Positions 27,189-42,852 of a stretch of DNA of 64,000 nucleotides are shown here, one piece after another; position 1 is the stretch's first letter; each line of letters starts with the position of its first letter. A program made the position numbers and the translations under genes. The notes under the pieces were generated by a model. It ran no database searches. It saw only the letters and a program-made list of their open reading frames with translations, and was not told where the DNA came from. Source of the DNA: Octopus vulgaris (taxonomy: Eukaryota); NCBI GenBank assembly GCA_951406725.2, contig OX597828.1, positions 34,658,001 through 34,722,000 on the forward strand, in the 5' to 3' direction.

Positions 27189-27604
27189 TATACATACATG
27201 CATGCATAGGGGAAGGGTAGAACAGGAATAAGTGGTGCCCAACGGTCACTAAGCGATATTAACATAATTAAAACCAATTAAGGTTTTCCTAGCAATCCCT
27301 TTGACCTACCTCGGTTAACACGTGCAAATAATATAGCGGGGTAAAAGTTCGAGGTACCTTGCCATGAACTTTCAAACTTACCCTACCCCTCTTCTGTTTT
27401 TCTCTTGCTATATGTGTTTGTTTAAATATGTGTGTATGTCTGTACGTACGTATGTATGCATGTATGTATGTCTGCATAAATGTATGTATGTATGTAGATT
27501 TGTGTGTATGTCGGTATGTATGTATAAACCTTTTGACAGCGAATTCTAAATTTAGGCAGAAGGCTCTGCCCTCACCGGCGAAACTTCGAGGTCACTATCA
27601 ATAA

Positions 27605-27838
27605 TAAGGGTGCGAGCAGGCAGAAACGTTAGCACGCCGGGCGAAATGCTTATCGGTATTTCGTCTGCCGTTACGTTCTGAGTTCAAATTCCGCCGAGGT
27701 CGACTTTGCCTTTCATCCTTTCGGGGTCGATAAATTAAGTACCAGTTACGCACTGGGGTCGATCTAATCGACTTAATCCGTTTGTCTGTCCTTGTTTGTC
27801 CCCTCTGCGTTTAGCCCCTTGTGGGTACTAAAGAAATA
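27605..27838 (+). mobile_element. SINE family A, full-length monomer with 11-bp TSD
   Basis: TSD actatcaataa at 27594-27604 and 27839-27849. Confidence 0.92.
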
Positions 27839-28272
27839 ACTATCAATAAAGTTTTAAAAGCATCTGAGTAATTGTGAACATGCAGCGAGCGTTGTTTTCT
27901 GTCAATGTTCAAATGCATTGTGTGTGTGTGTGTGTGTGTGAGTGTGTGTGTGTGTGTGTGCGTGCGTGTGTGTTTTATTGATTGTGTGCCAATTGCGTGT
28001 GTACATGTGTGAATGCATCAGTCATGGATTTTCTCGGACTATCAGCTCCTCCTCCTTCTCCTCCTGCTAAGACTTTTAACTCTTTCCGACGAGAGCCATG
28101 CTAGAAACGTTGTTTCCTTTGAGCGTCAATCTAAAGTATGCACTGTGTACGCTTGATTGACTTTTGTTGTTTTTTTCCCTGTTTTCATTATTTTGGTTTG
28201 CCGATATACACATACATACATACATACATACATACATACATACATACATACATACATACATACAAACACACT

Positions 28273-28324
<52 letters not shown>

Positions 28325-28326
<2 letters not shown>

Positions 28327-28925
28327 TAAGAGGGAACCACTATGTGGAAGCCCTTACGCTAGAAAGAGATCCGCTTAGGTCTTAACCACTAAGAATTGTT
28401 CTCCAGAAAATTTAGCACACCAGAAACGTAAGCGAGCAAGACAAATGAAAAATAACCACACAGACATATGTACAGTAAGGTCCATGATGGGAGAGTCCGA
28501 GAAGAATAAAATTCAAATGGTAATCCATGTGGAATAATGGTAAAGTGGATAAGGTACCAAATGTCTGAGAAGAAGTTAGGAGAGGATCCAAGAGGGGAGG
28601 AAATTCAATCAGGCAGGATTCTGTAATATATGATTCAAATCTACAGAAAACGAAGACAGATGGGGGAACCACAAGCAGGAAGGGCAAGCGGGAAGAATGG
28701 AAACGTCTTTGACGTTTCAAGATTACGCTCTTCCACAGAAAGGGATGAGAGGAAGGAAGTGGGGAGAGAGAGTGAGAGAAAAGAAATGCGTCGGGGTTAA
28801 CGGTTTCACTTGTGAAACCGTTATTCCTGACACAGCGTAGTCTCGCGACGTCAAAAAACTTTTCCATTTCGTCCAAACGTTAAACTAATACACCTGCTTG
28901 TTGCCCCTTCACTCGTCCTAGTGTC
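28325..28925. mobile_element. Degenerate Penelope-like remnant with inverted hammerhead-like motifs
   Basis: Minus strand about 28705-28742 reads ctgtggaagagcgtaatcttGAAACGTCaaaga; plus strand about 28826-28860 reads ctgacacagcgtagtctcgcgacgtcaaaa. Adjacent to (TA)n. Confidence 0.45.
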
Positions 28926-28968
28926 TTAACAGTTTTTCAAGCCGACACACACACACACACACACACAT

Positions 28969-28999
<31 letters not shown>

Positions 29000-29398
29000 C
29001 ACAATGGGCTACTTTCAGTTGCCGTCTACCAAAACCACTCACAATGTTTGTTCTGACCGGGGCTATTGTAGAAGACAGTTGACCAAGAGGCCAAGGGCTG
29101 AACTCGAAATCAAATGGTATAGTAAGAAGCTTCTTAACCACATAACAACACATGTACCCATGTATATATTCATGCATGTATGCGTGTTTACGGAGGCACG
29201 ACAGACCATTATCATACAGATGTTGAATAATTACAGAGGCGTGGATGCATGATCTTGGAAAATATACATGATGTGGTTAAAACTGAGCATAAAGGGAATT
29301 CGTTTTGGCTAGTATCAGTGTTTATTTTCATTTCATCGGGGATCGCTTTGTCATTTTCTTGACCACAGAGAAAGAGAGAGAAGAGAAGACAGAAAGGA

Positions 29399-29442
<44 letters not shown>

Positions 29443-30560
29443 GAGAAAGAAAATTCCAAATGCCAACCACATGAAATAGACAACTTCGTATTTAATGGAT
29501 TCGCTAGACACTCATTGATAACGACATATTGAAAAACAAACGTTTAGTTATTCATAAACATTAACACTTTATTAAAAACATTCCTGCGTCCTTCTTTTTG
29601 TATTTCACACGTGTTTCCGAACAGGAAACGATTAACAGAACTTTTGTTCCCCACATTACGACAGAATAGATGAATTCCTTTTCTAATTTTTTCTTCCTTT
29701 CGACTTTTTTTTCCCGAATCAACTCTCTATTATTTATTTCTTCTCGATATATTTACGAATATTTCATTCCTTACACAAAGTCACGCTGCTTCTTTTCTTC
29801 AATTGTTTGGAATCACAAGTAACTATTTAAGAAGCTTCAGCATTATCTTATAATCATTCTGTTTGTCTTTGCACTATTTAGACCGTCGGTAACGCTTTCA
29901 CGTTATTAGGGTAAAAGAGGGAGAGAGAAAAAGAAGTAGGGAGAACAAGCGGGAGAGAGAAGCGTCCATGACGTTAGGCAGAGGGAATTAGTTGAAAGGA
30001 AAGAGAGAAGAAAGGAAAAGGAGAGAGGAAAAGAGGGTAAGGTGAAGGGTGAGACAGAGGGAGAAAGGAAAAGAAAGAGAGAGAAAAAGACGTCCATGAT
30101 ATGAAACGGGGTAAACGTAATAATTTTAGCAGAAAGGTGATGTTCTGATGGTAAGATTAAAGAAAAGTAGAGAGGGAAAGAAGAGAGAGGAGGGAGAGAT
30201 AGTGGGGAGAGAAAGAGAAGGGGGAGAAAGAGCGGAGAGAAGGGAGAGAAAGAGTGGAGAGAAGGGAGAGGGGAATAGAGATGATGATGGTGGTGGTAGT
30301 GGTGGTGGTGGCGGCGGCGGCGGCGGCGACGGTGGTGGTGATTGGAAACTGAAAAGTGTATTTTTTAAAAATTGAACTAAGTTTGTTTTTTTATGTCACC
30401 TATCACTTAACGCATGCGTATAAATGCAATCCCGTGAACTATCCGCGCTTATTTATGTGGCAGATATATCCAATTTAACTAAAGGTTGTATCATATGTAT
30501 GGGCCTTTTTTCTGCTATGTGACGAGGCAGCTGTTCGCGATCCAACAAATATATATATAT

Positions 30561-30770
30561 ACTCTTTTACTCTTTTACTTGTTTCAGTCATTTGACTGCG
30601 GCCATGCTGGAGCACCGCCTTTAGTCGAGCAAATCGACCCCGGGACTTATTCTTTGTAAGCCCAGTACTTATTCTATCGGTCTCTTTTGCCGAACCGCTA
30701 AGTGACGGGGACGTAAACACAGCAGCATCGGTTGTCAAGCAATGCTAGGGGGACAAACACAGACACACAA

Positions 30771-30829
<59 letters not shown>

Positions 30830-30995
30830 TACGACAGGCTTCTTTCAGTTTCCGCCTAGCAAATCCACTCACAAGGCATTGGTCGGCCCGGGGCTATAGC
30901 AGAAGACATTTGTCCAAGTTGCCAAGCAGTGGGACTGAACCCGGAACCATGTGGTTGGTTAGCAAGCTACTTACCACACAGTCACTCCTGCGCCT
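30561..30995 (-). mobile_element. SINE family B, full length
   Basis: Reverse complement of the 24762-25183 family. Confidence 0.93.
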
Positions 30996-31575
30996 ATGTA
31001 TATGTTTATATATAAATATACGCCTGTACAAAATTGTATGTGCAATAAGGCATGCACAATATTTCCACCCTATTAGCATGATCCAGAGACAGACCGAGAA
31101 AAGGTATTTAGTACCAATATGCCAAAAGCTGGAAATATCTTCAACGCAAGCGCGAGCAAAAAAGAAGCTCCAAAATGTCTCATGCCATTCTCTGCATGTC
31201 CGGTTTTATATCAAAATTATCTTCTCCAAGACATATGCTCCAACTAAAACTGAGTGTTACCTCGTTTCCATTGCTCGTCTGGCAAGCTGAACACCAATCA
31301 GGAATGTCTGAGCGCCGGTGCTATCGCTAAACAGTCGTTGAGCCAACGCTGGTTGCAGCCGTCCTTTAGGGAGGTTGTGTTTTAAGTCCTACCAGGTTTC
31401 TAGCTGCCCTGCTCACCAGGATAGCCGGTCTAGTTACCGAATACTCGATCCTGCAACAGGTTGTACTAAGTTCCATGTTACCTGCAGCACATGAATACGC
31501 GTGCGCGCACACTCACACACACACGCACACACACACAAACACTCATATATGTCAATCTCACTCTCTCTCTCTCTC

Positions 31576-31715
<140 letters not shown>

Positions 31716-31781
31716 CAAACAGACAGACAGACAGAAAGACACTGACAGACAGATAGACGGACAGACAGACAGACAGACAGG

Positions 31782-31861
<80 letters not shown>

Positions 31862-32199
31862 GAGATAGATAGAAATTAGTTATACGAGTACTTATTTATC
31901 TCTTCGAAAAATGTTTTAAAAACATAAATAAAAAAAGAGAATGAAATCAAGCGAGCAAGCAAGGAAGAAAGAAAGAAGGAAAGAAAGAAAGAAAGTCAGA
32001 AAGAAAGAGAAAGAAAGAAAGAAAGAAAAATAAAGAAAGAATGAATCCAGCAAATGATGAAGGAAATACACAACGAAAGAAAATTGTATGTCGTAATGTT
32101 AATGCCATCCATCGCCGTCCTGTTATGTCATGGTAACACAGCTTCTGCTAACACAAAGATTACACCAGACATGTTTGCCGTTGTTATCATTATTATTAC

Positions 32200-32245
<46 letters not shown>

Positions 32246-32419
32246 ATTATTATCATTGTTGTTGTTGTTATTGTTATTATTATTATTATTATTATTGCAG
32301 TTGTCGTGGTTGTTGCTGTTGTTGTCACGGCTTAAACATGGTTGCTAAGCCACGTTGTTGTCTCACCTGTTTGTTAACATTGATGTCTCTTGCAAAGCGT
32401 TATTATAAATACAATACTA

Positions 32420-33532
<1,113 letters not shown>

Positions 33533-33814
33533 AGAATCATGTGATTTACAAAGTAAGTCAATTGATTGTGGAACCGAAAGAAGATGAAGGTCGAACACCG
33601 AAAAGTAAAAATAAATGAATAAATAATAACCAAATAAACAAAAGCTACTTTCATTACTATAATGAATGTATGTGTTATATAATCGATGCTCGTAAATAAG
33701 GAGAAGTATTTTTTTTCCTCTGTAACACAAGTCATTGTGATATTAATCAAACGCACATAAATAAACTGCTTTATAAAAGACAGCGTTCCATTGTTATAAC
33801 GTCCTGATAAAGAA

Positions 33815-34990
33815 CGATAGATTGGCCGAATCGTTAAATAGTTCGGGAGGAAAAAAGTGCCTTACGGTGTTTGTTCCGGTTTTTTTTTACGTTATGATTA
33901 TAAATCCCGTCGAGTTCAACTTTTCTTTTCATCCTTCCGATGTCAATAAAACAAAAACTGACTGTTCCATTCGCCTCAGACTTTCTTGGCTTGTATCTAT
34001 AATTATGATTAAGGGCGGAGATTAACAGAATTATTAGGACATCAGACAAAATATTTTATAGTATTTGTTCCTTCATTTTTTTTTTCACGTTTCAGTGTCG
34101 ATAAAATAAAATATCAGTCAAGTAGTGGAACCGATTTAATCGACTCCCGGAACGTTTAAAACCTTATGTCTATGTACGCCAATGTGAAAGGTTCTCTCGT
34201 GGTAAATAACGCAGTATTTTGTGTTCTGAGACAACATCTAATTTTACTGAGGGATAAACATTACCTACTGCTTCTATCTTTATTAATTCTTATAGTATTC
34301 ATGCAGGGGCGAGCTGGCAGGGTCGTCAGCACACCGGCAGGGTCGTCAGCACGCCGGACAAAATGCTTAGCAGCTTTGCTTCCAGCCCCATGTCCTGATT
34401 TCAAAGCTTGCGGAGATCACCTTTGCCTTCTGGTTCAATAAAACAAATACAGGTCGAACACTGGGGTCGATGTGATCGATAAGTCTTCTCCCTGCGCCTA
34501 TAGTAGGAAGAATTATTACATTTATCGTGCAGAAAACATCGATTCTTGTCTGATCATCATAGTTAAACATCATTAAGCCTAGTTATCGCATAGAAAGTGT
34601 AACATAGATGCTGTCAGCAGAACATTTAGTTTCAGCTGTAGACTATGAGGTTTAGAAGTTCATTTCGTAAGCACCTGGCTTCAGATTCAGCCCGACTGCA
34701 CAGCACCTTGGACAAGAGCCTTCTACTACAATTGCTGGATGACCAATAGCTTCGGACGCAAACTGTGTGGAAGCCCATCGTATGGGTTTGTTTTTATGTA
34801 TAGTACATATACTCGACAACTGGTGTTTGTCCATTGACATCCTCGTAGTTTAGCGGTTAAGCAAAAGAGACCTATAGTATAGGTACCAGTAAAACTATGT
34901 AGTGCAGATGATTTGTTTGACTAAACTCTTCACCTTGGTGCTCCAGTATGACATAGTCAAGCGATTGATAAAAAAGTAAAAGAATATTTA
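33815..34990 (+). mobile_element. Cluster of old SINE A and SINE B fragments
   Basis: Recognisable heads and central domains at about 33820, 34010, 34305 and 34660. Confidence 0.65.
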
Positions 34991-35689
34991 AAAGAATATT
35001 TGCCGTCATACAACAGCATATCAAAAAAGTATGGTGAAGGAAAAATTGATATAAATGAAATGAATAGTGCCAACGGTAACGACGCCTCCACCACTCCACC
35101 ACCACCACCACCACCACCACCACCACCACTACCACCACCACCACCACCAACAATGGCATTCCGTCTTTTGCAAACGTTGTGGAGAGAAAATGGCTACGCT
35201 TCTTGAACAAGCTCTAAGGAAATAAAAATGGAAGGAACATTCTGTCACTAAAAGCAGTACCACATTGCCGATCGGATTTATCTAGAAAAACTCGAGACGT
35301 TAGGCGACATATTTTTGCTTTGTAATTCAAGAAAAAAGCTTCTATATTTCTTCGAAAAGAAAATGGTCGATGCCGCTCCTCAGGAGGGGGGGGGGCTATA
35401 GCAGTGAATACCTGGAATCTAGGGGCAGGGTCTATGGAGGTGAATAAATGTTATCTTAGATAGAGAAACAGACAATGAGACAAATAAAATGTTTGCAACA
35501 CACGCTTGCCAACAGAATTCTTTTACAATCGATGTTGCTTCGGATGTTGGCCTATGGCTTGTTATCCAATTTGTGCAACAGCACCGATATAACACTAGTG
35601 GTGGAGATGGTGATGGGGTCATTTGTACCTGCTAATCCCTCCACTCAAAATTGCTAATCTTGTACCAGTAAACTATATTATTATTATTA

Positions 35690-36050
35690 ATTCGTTTATT
35701 AGCCACAAGGACTTACATGAAATTACATAAAGTGACATACAACATAAAAGACAAAAACGAGACGATACAATGGGTTTTACAATATATAAACAGTATATAT
35801 AACGATTACAAATTTAATAATTTAAAACTCCCAATAGGGGAGGCGCCTTAAGGACCTCGTGGAAAAATCCACAAAAGTCATACGTGCCTGAACAACAGAG
35901 CAAGAACCCTTCTCCTTCTGTATACAGGTGCACGCTCAGAATTAGTCCTTTCACACTGGCCATTCTTCCAACATTCACCCACCTTTCAACAAACTTGCCA
36001 CAAGGCAACACTTCCCTCTCCACCCTCAACTTCCTTTTCAAATGAAACTT
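35690..36050 (-). mobile_element. L1/Tx1-like LINE 3' end (ORF2 C-terminus and 3' UTR)
   Basis: KFHLKRKLRVEREVLPCGKFVERWVNVGRMASVKG, homologous to 37010-37140 and 50675-50720. Tail ccttgtggctaataaa. Confidence 0.8.
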
Positions 36051-36052
36051 AC

Positions 36053-36125
<73 letters not shown>

Positions 36126-36160
36126 ATTATTATTATTATCATTATTATTATTATTATTAA

Positions 36161-36211
<51 letters not shown>

Positions 36212-36254
36212 GGCTGATTGGTAGAATGGTAAAACTATCCGACAATATTTATTC

Positions 36255-37385
36255 CTGGCCCCACACCAACAATAGAATGTTCCAGTGCAAAGGCATCTGA
36301 CATATCTAAAACAACACCAGGTCCACCGACCACACCAATACTAGGGCAACCCCACCTCGCACCAAAAAGAAAGCACACACACACACACACAACAGTCAAC
36401 CACAGAGACTCCCATCAGGCCACCAACTGCACCAACAGAGTAACCTCGGTCTTATACGTTCTCACATCACTTTCCGATCGGCATTGGGATTGATTAGAGG
36501 GGGATGTGTAAATGTTCGTGGCCTAGGATCGCCCTGGAAGCAGCGGTGCCTTCTCAACGACCTTAGGTCACTATCTATGAATGTCACGGCTGTTAGCGAA
36601 ACCAGGATTCCTGACATACGTGATCTGGCCCCATTTTCGACGAATTTGAGATCTACGCATCTCTTTGTCAGCCTGAAATGTGGGTTGAGGTGGTAGCGCT
36701 GTTTATGAAAGGCCTGGATCTCGAGGTATGGATCTTGGGCCTTGCAAGTAAGTTAATGGTCCTGGATGTGAGTAGCAGCGAAGGTAGTGCTTTCAGACTA
36801 GTCACTGTGTAGTTCCCAACCGAAGCGGAGCAGCCAGATTTATTCAGATGTTTGGCGGTTTTCTTTGGAACATCTCGCTCTTTAGTTTTAGTGGGCGATT
36901 GGAACGTGTAGCAGTTTTCCTCTTTCTGATGGCTATAGTGAAAGAGGTAGTGTGGTGTACAAGATTGAAAGGACTGAAGACAGGTACTGTCCTCTTTGGC
37001 CAAACCCTCATCGACTTTTTCAAGTTTCACTTAAAAAGGAAAGTGAAAGTAGAGAGGAAAGTTCTGATCCCCCAATAGATTTATTGAAAGGTGGGTGAAT
37101 ATGGCGAGGTTGGCTCGTGTGAATGGGCCGACTCTGAACTTTCGCTTGTAAACCGGGGTAGTTGAGAAGAAGAAGAGAGGCGTCTGCTGAGGTGCAACTG
37201 ACTGGTCGGGATAACCAGGCTGTATGGGGTTCGCCTTTCGGGGAATTTTTACTGTTAAATTGTTTTTATATTTGTTTTTTTTTTTGTTACTTATTGTGTA
37301 CACGGCATTGTGCAACACCCCACCTGTCCCTTGTATTGTCCCTATTTGTTTTGTATTCGGCCCTTGTGGCCAATAAAACAAAGTA
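36255..37385 (+). mobile_element. Internally deleted L1/Tx1-like LINE (endonuclease start fused to ORF2 C-terminus)
   Basis: APE endonuclease N-terminus CVNVRGLG...VTAVSETR from 36484, a GDWN-like stretch at about 36893, then directly VKEVVWCTRLKG...FFKFHLKRKVKVER and the 3' tail ggcccttgtggccaataaaa. Confidence 0.82.
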
Positions 37386-37388
37386 CTA

Positions 37389-37446
<58 letters not shown>

Positions 37447-37719
37447 ATTATTATTATTATTATTGCTATCATTCTTATTGCCATCTCGCTGACTCAACTT
37501 TCTTTGCGTAAAAGAGTCCAATGTCAACGAAACCTTTCCTTCCTGTTCGGTCGATAAAATAACTACCAGTCACGTGTGGAGATCTATTCAGGATGCTACA
37601 CACATTATTCCATACAAATTTGATGGCTTTGTATCATTATGAGAAATCAATAGAACAGTTTGAAATCTAAGAGTGTTTAAAATAAAAAGAAAAAAATAAT
37701 ATAGCTTACGTAGGACATA

Positions 37720-37829
37720 TACGTGTGTGTGTGCATGTGTGTATATGTGTGTGTATGTTTGTATGTGTGCATGTGTCTATGTGTGTATGTATGTATGCAT
37801 GTATGCATGTATGTATGTATGTATGTATG

Positions 37830-37897
<68 letters not shown>

Positions 37898-38140
37898 TGT
37901 GTGTGTGCTTGTGGGAGTGCGTGTGTGTAAATAATATATATGTAAAATATATATATATACATACATACATACATATATATATATGCATACATATATATAC
38001 ATGCATATATATACATATGTATGTATACATATATAAACATATATATGTACACACATATATGTATATATATATATATGTATATTGTATATGTACATACTTG
38101 TATACATACATGCATACACACACAGACGCATATATATATT

Positions 38141-38198
<58 letters not shown>

Positions 38199-38246
38199 TA
38201 TATATGTATACATATTCATATAAACATATATATGTACATACATGTA

Positions 38247-38301
<55 letters not shown>

Positions 38302-39215
38302 ACATACATACATACATATATGCATAAATACAAGTGTATAATGTTAATGATAGGAAGCCTTGGAAATGGATTCAGACAATGGAAAATGGTTGTTGATAGA
38401 AAATAGCATTTATGGAATATTTCCTGTCTTGATATTTAAGACTGGCGGATATCAATGGAATGGTAGCGGAAGATTCGCAGAAGCAGTGCAGAACCAGACA
38501 TAAATGTATTTGTGGAAATTAGGCTACGACTCTTTTACTGGTTTCGGTTATTGGACTGCGGTCATGCTGGGGCACTGCCTAGGAATATTTTGGTCTTTCG
38601 AACCGATTCAGTATTTTTAATTACTTGCTGTACATATTCTATCAATCTCTATCTTGCTGAGCAGCTAGGTGAGGAGGACGTAAACAAATAGCTACCGGTT
38701 GTCAAGTTGTATTACGTAAAGAGCTGACAGTGACAGACAAACACTAACGGGTGTACACACACACGCATACACACAAACATGCGTTCATACATATATACAT
38801 ACGTGCATACATACATACTTACATACAAAAACATACACACATATACACATGCTTACACATACACACACATGCATATATACATACATATATATATATACAC
38901 ACACATACAAACACATGCATATATACATACATATATATATATAAATATGCATATATATATACTTATATATACATATATATACTTATATATACATATATAT
39001 ATACTTATATATGCATATATATATATATACTTATATATACATATATATACTTATATACGTATATATATATATATATACTTATATATGCATATATATATAC
39101 ACACATACATACATACATACATACATACATACATACATACATACATACATACATACATACATACATACATACATACATACATACATACATACATACATGC
39201 ATACACACACACATA
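37720..39215. repeat. Compound (TG)/(TA)/(TACA) microsatellites with split SINE B pieces
   Basis: Direct reading. SINE B halves at about 38530-38740 and 39220-39330 flank an expanded internal tract. Confidence 0.85.
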
Positions 39216-39615
39216 CATAATGGGCGTCAACCCAGTTTCCGCCAACCAAATCCATTCACAAAACATTGGTCGGCCCGGGACTATATAGTACAAAGCATTC
39301 GCTTAAGGTGCCAAGCACAAGACTAAATGCCAGATTGCTTCGAAATGTAACTTCACAAACAAGTCCTTGACATTCTAACTGCAAGACTTGTCAGGCATTC
39401 TTCGCCCCTTCGTTCTTTTGATATCAGAAACATAAGAACCAGTGAAGCATTCTTTTATTGATCTATCCAATCAACAGCTTCCCCCACCAAAAAAAAAATA
39501 TATGGCCTTCTGGTTCTGTGCTAAAAATCGACGTGAGATAATGTGCAATGTTGGATTTGAGAAAAGGGCCTGCTGACCTTAGTCCATATTTCCAGTATGC
39601 GATTTCAATTTTTAG

Positions 39616-39693
<78 letters not shown>

Positions 39694-40194
39694 CAGACAG
39701 GTTGGGTGTTATTTTGGGAATTTTTCTTACGTCTCACAAATCTATTGGAAAGGTATGAAAGTCATACAATCTAATTTTCTTTTCTTTATTAGGAGACTCT
39801 TATACTATGAGCCACTTTCAATTCAGATTTTCGGTATACAATCACTTTTTTCTTGCTAAATATGAACATTTATACGGTCTCTGTTTTCTGTGCAAAAGGC
39901 AAGGACCATATAAATATTTATATTATAAAACTGTTCTAAAATATAATGTTCGGATAAGATCAAATTATGCATACAGTTAAGATTTGATATTTAGAAGCCA
40001 GCTATTTACTAGTCTGTGAATGATTTAATAGATGTTGCAATACAGTTCATTTCGTCTGTAAAAGGGGCGAGAAGTGCTTGTCTTCCGAAGAGTGGCCAAC
40101 CAGCTCTGGAACGATAGAATTTTTTTTACTTGTCTGTGCAATTCTTGAACTACTGCATTCGCAACGATCTTTGATATAGAGAGTACATATCTGC

Positions 40195-40405
40195 TTTTAT
40201 GATAAGTACAAGGCCTGAAATTCGGAGGACAAGTGGATTATATCGACCCTTATTATGCGATTTGTGCTTTATTTTATCGACACCCGAAAGGATGAAAACA
40301 AAGTTGACCTCGATGGGATTTGAACTCAGGACGTAAAAACCATGAAGAAGTGCTGCCAAGCATTATATCCTACGCGCTAACGATTCTGCCAGCTGGCGCG
40401 TCTTA
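40195..40405 (-). mobile_element. SINE family A, degenerate
   Basis: Homology to intact copies. Confidence 0.8.
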
Positions 40406-40609
40406 AGGAGTGTACATAATAAAATCTAAGAAAAGGAACAAAGAAAGAGAGGAAAGGAAAGAAAGAAGAATGGAAGAAATGAATGAGAGGAAAAAGAAGG
40501 AAGGAAGGAAGGAAGATGGACGAGAGAGGATATAACTCCAAGTTAACATGATTGCGAAGCGAGTTCCATATAGCCAAACGATTATACATACACAGGCATA
40601 TGTATTATT

Positions 40610-40992
40610 GGATGGAAGCACTCCGTCGGTTACGACGACGAGGGTTCCGGTTGATCCGATCAACGGAACAGCCTGCTCGTGAAATTAACGTGTAAGTGGC
40701 TGAGCACTCCACAGACACGTGTACCCTTAACGTAGTTCTAGGGGATATTCGGCGTGACACAGAGAGTGACAAGGCCGGCCCTTTGAAATACAGGTACAAC
40801 AGAAACAGGAAGTAAGAGAAAGTTGTGGTGAAAGAGTACAGCAGGGATCACCACCATCCCTGCCGGAGCCTCATGGAGCTTTAGGTGTTTTCGCTCAATA
40901 AACACTCACAACGCCCGGTGTCTGGGAATCGAAACCGCGATCCTATGACCGCGAGTCCGCTACCCTAACCACTGGGCCATTGCGCCTCCACA
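40610..40992 (-). mobile_element. SINE family C, full length with 38-bp TSD
   Basis: Minus-strand head gtggaggcgcaaTGGCCCAGTGGttaggg...GGTTTCGATTCCcag. Exact 38-bp direct repeat at 40572-40609 and 40993-41030. Confidence 0.93.
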
Positions 40993-41026
40993 AGCCAAAC
41001 GATTATACATACACAGGCATATGTAT

Positions 41027-41105
<79 letters not shown>

Positions 41106-41274
41106 CACACACGCACACACACCTAAGTAAATATTCTCTTTGCAGAAATCTGTAAGAATGAGACTTTTCTTGATAGATGTGAATCAATGATTTCTAAAGG
41201 AGAATCGACAGCGCTTTTGAATGAAAGCAGACGATGCGCTGAAAACCTTGAAGGATGAAGAATCCTAGAGCTTT

Positions 41275-41690
41275 GTCTTTTCCTTGTTCCAGTCATTGGA
41301 CTGCAGCCAAGCTGGAGTAACGCCTTCGAGGATTTTAGTCAAACGAACCAAGGATGGCGCTTAAGATTTCGAGTATGGTACATATTCTGTTGGGCATTTT
41401 TGCTGAAACACTAATTTACGCGGGCTTAACCAAACCAACATCGGTTGATTAATCCAACATAAATTAGGTGAGGCACAAATACAAAAAAAAGACGAATACA
41501 CACACACACATATACACATACATACATACATACATACATACATACAACGGATTCCACATAGTTTCCGTCTGAAATTCACTCACAAAGCATAGGTCGACCC
41601 GGTATTTTAGTAGAAGACGCTCAAGGTGCCGGGCATAGGGGCCGAACCCGAAACCACATGGCTGCAAAGCAAACTTCTTAACCATATGTA
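41275..41690 (-). mobile_element. SINE family B, degenerate
   Basis: Homology to 30561-30995. Confidence 0.8.
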
Positions 41691-42149
41691 CAAGAGATTT
41701 TTCACACACACACACACACACACGCACGGACACGCAACTCCACCCCATCCCGACCCCACACAGACGTTTTCTATTCAAAGCATTTTTTATCCAATATTTA
41801 CATGCTTTTATTTATAACTTTATCTATTTCGAGATACATCGATGAAAATTTATTTCACGTTCTCCCAGAGTTTCTAAATTCATATGACGTGAATAACATA
41901 CAAATCCCCCTGCTAAGCACAAAGCTTCTAAAATGGATCGAGAAAATCGAAGGATTACTTTATACCAATAGTAGAGGGTTTGTGATGTTTGCAGAACTTC
42001 TGAGTTCGAGTCCTACGGACGGCTTCACAGTTTTCTACCTAAAGGGCGTATAACTTACTATTTACATGCTATTATTTATAGCTTCATCTGCTTCGAGCTC
42101 CACCGATGAATAGGAATTATACATACCACAGTATTGACCAGACTATCAG

Positions 42150-42423
42150 TTGTTGTTGTTATACATCGCTGGTCACAATACGCTTTGCATTGTTTTAGCT
42201 TTCGTATGATGCCACCTCGCTGGCTAGATGAGAAAGCCAACGCTCGCCCTGACCGGGAGGTTATTCTGACTCAGGGTGACCCGTTTACAGCTGAGTGGAC
42301 AGGAACAACGTGAAATGAAGTGTTTCTGTTCATGAACACAACGCACCGCCCTGTCGGGGTATCGAGCTCACGAACTTACGATCGTGAGTGCCACGCTCTA
42401 ACCACTAAGCCACATGCATTCAC
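42150..42423 (-). mobile_element. SINE family D (tRNA head, (AAC)n tail)
   Basis: Minus-strand head gtggcttagtggttagagcg...agctcgataccc, central tccactcagctgtaaacggg segment and aacaacaac tail. Confidence 0.8.
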
Positions 42424-42576
42424 TACATATATACACACGTACATACATATCCATCCCTACACACATACACACATATAGGTTATAGGTTAGAGCCAGGCGT
42501 TCTATATATAGAAGTATACACTTCGAAGTGATCAAGAAATTTGAACTTGAGCCGGTAATTGAGTAAATGTAACAGG

Positions 42577-42777
42577 AAGCAAGTTAGGCAAGTTGATTTA
42601 CTCAGAATATTAAACAACTGAGTGGCTGTGTGGTAAGTAGCTTGCTAACCAACCACATGGTTGCGGGTTCAGTCCCACTGTGTGGCATCTTGGGCAAGTG
42701 TCTTCTGCTATAGCCCCGGGCCGACCAGTGCATTGTGAGTGGATTTGGTAGACGGAAACTGAAAGAAGCCTGTCGTA

Positions 42778-42852
<75 letters not shown>

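Noticed and set aside
31435-31490. Possible small minus-strand exon (tgcAG...GTaact)
   Set aside because: Weak pyrimidine tract next to a microsatellite; no other support.
40900-40992. tRNA-like sequences with A and B boxes
   Set aside because: They are SINE heads continuing into SINE bodies; no complete cloverleaf with acceptor stem and terminator.
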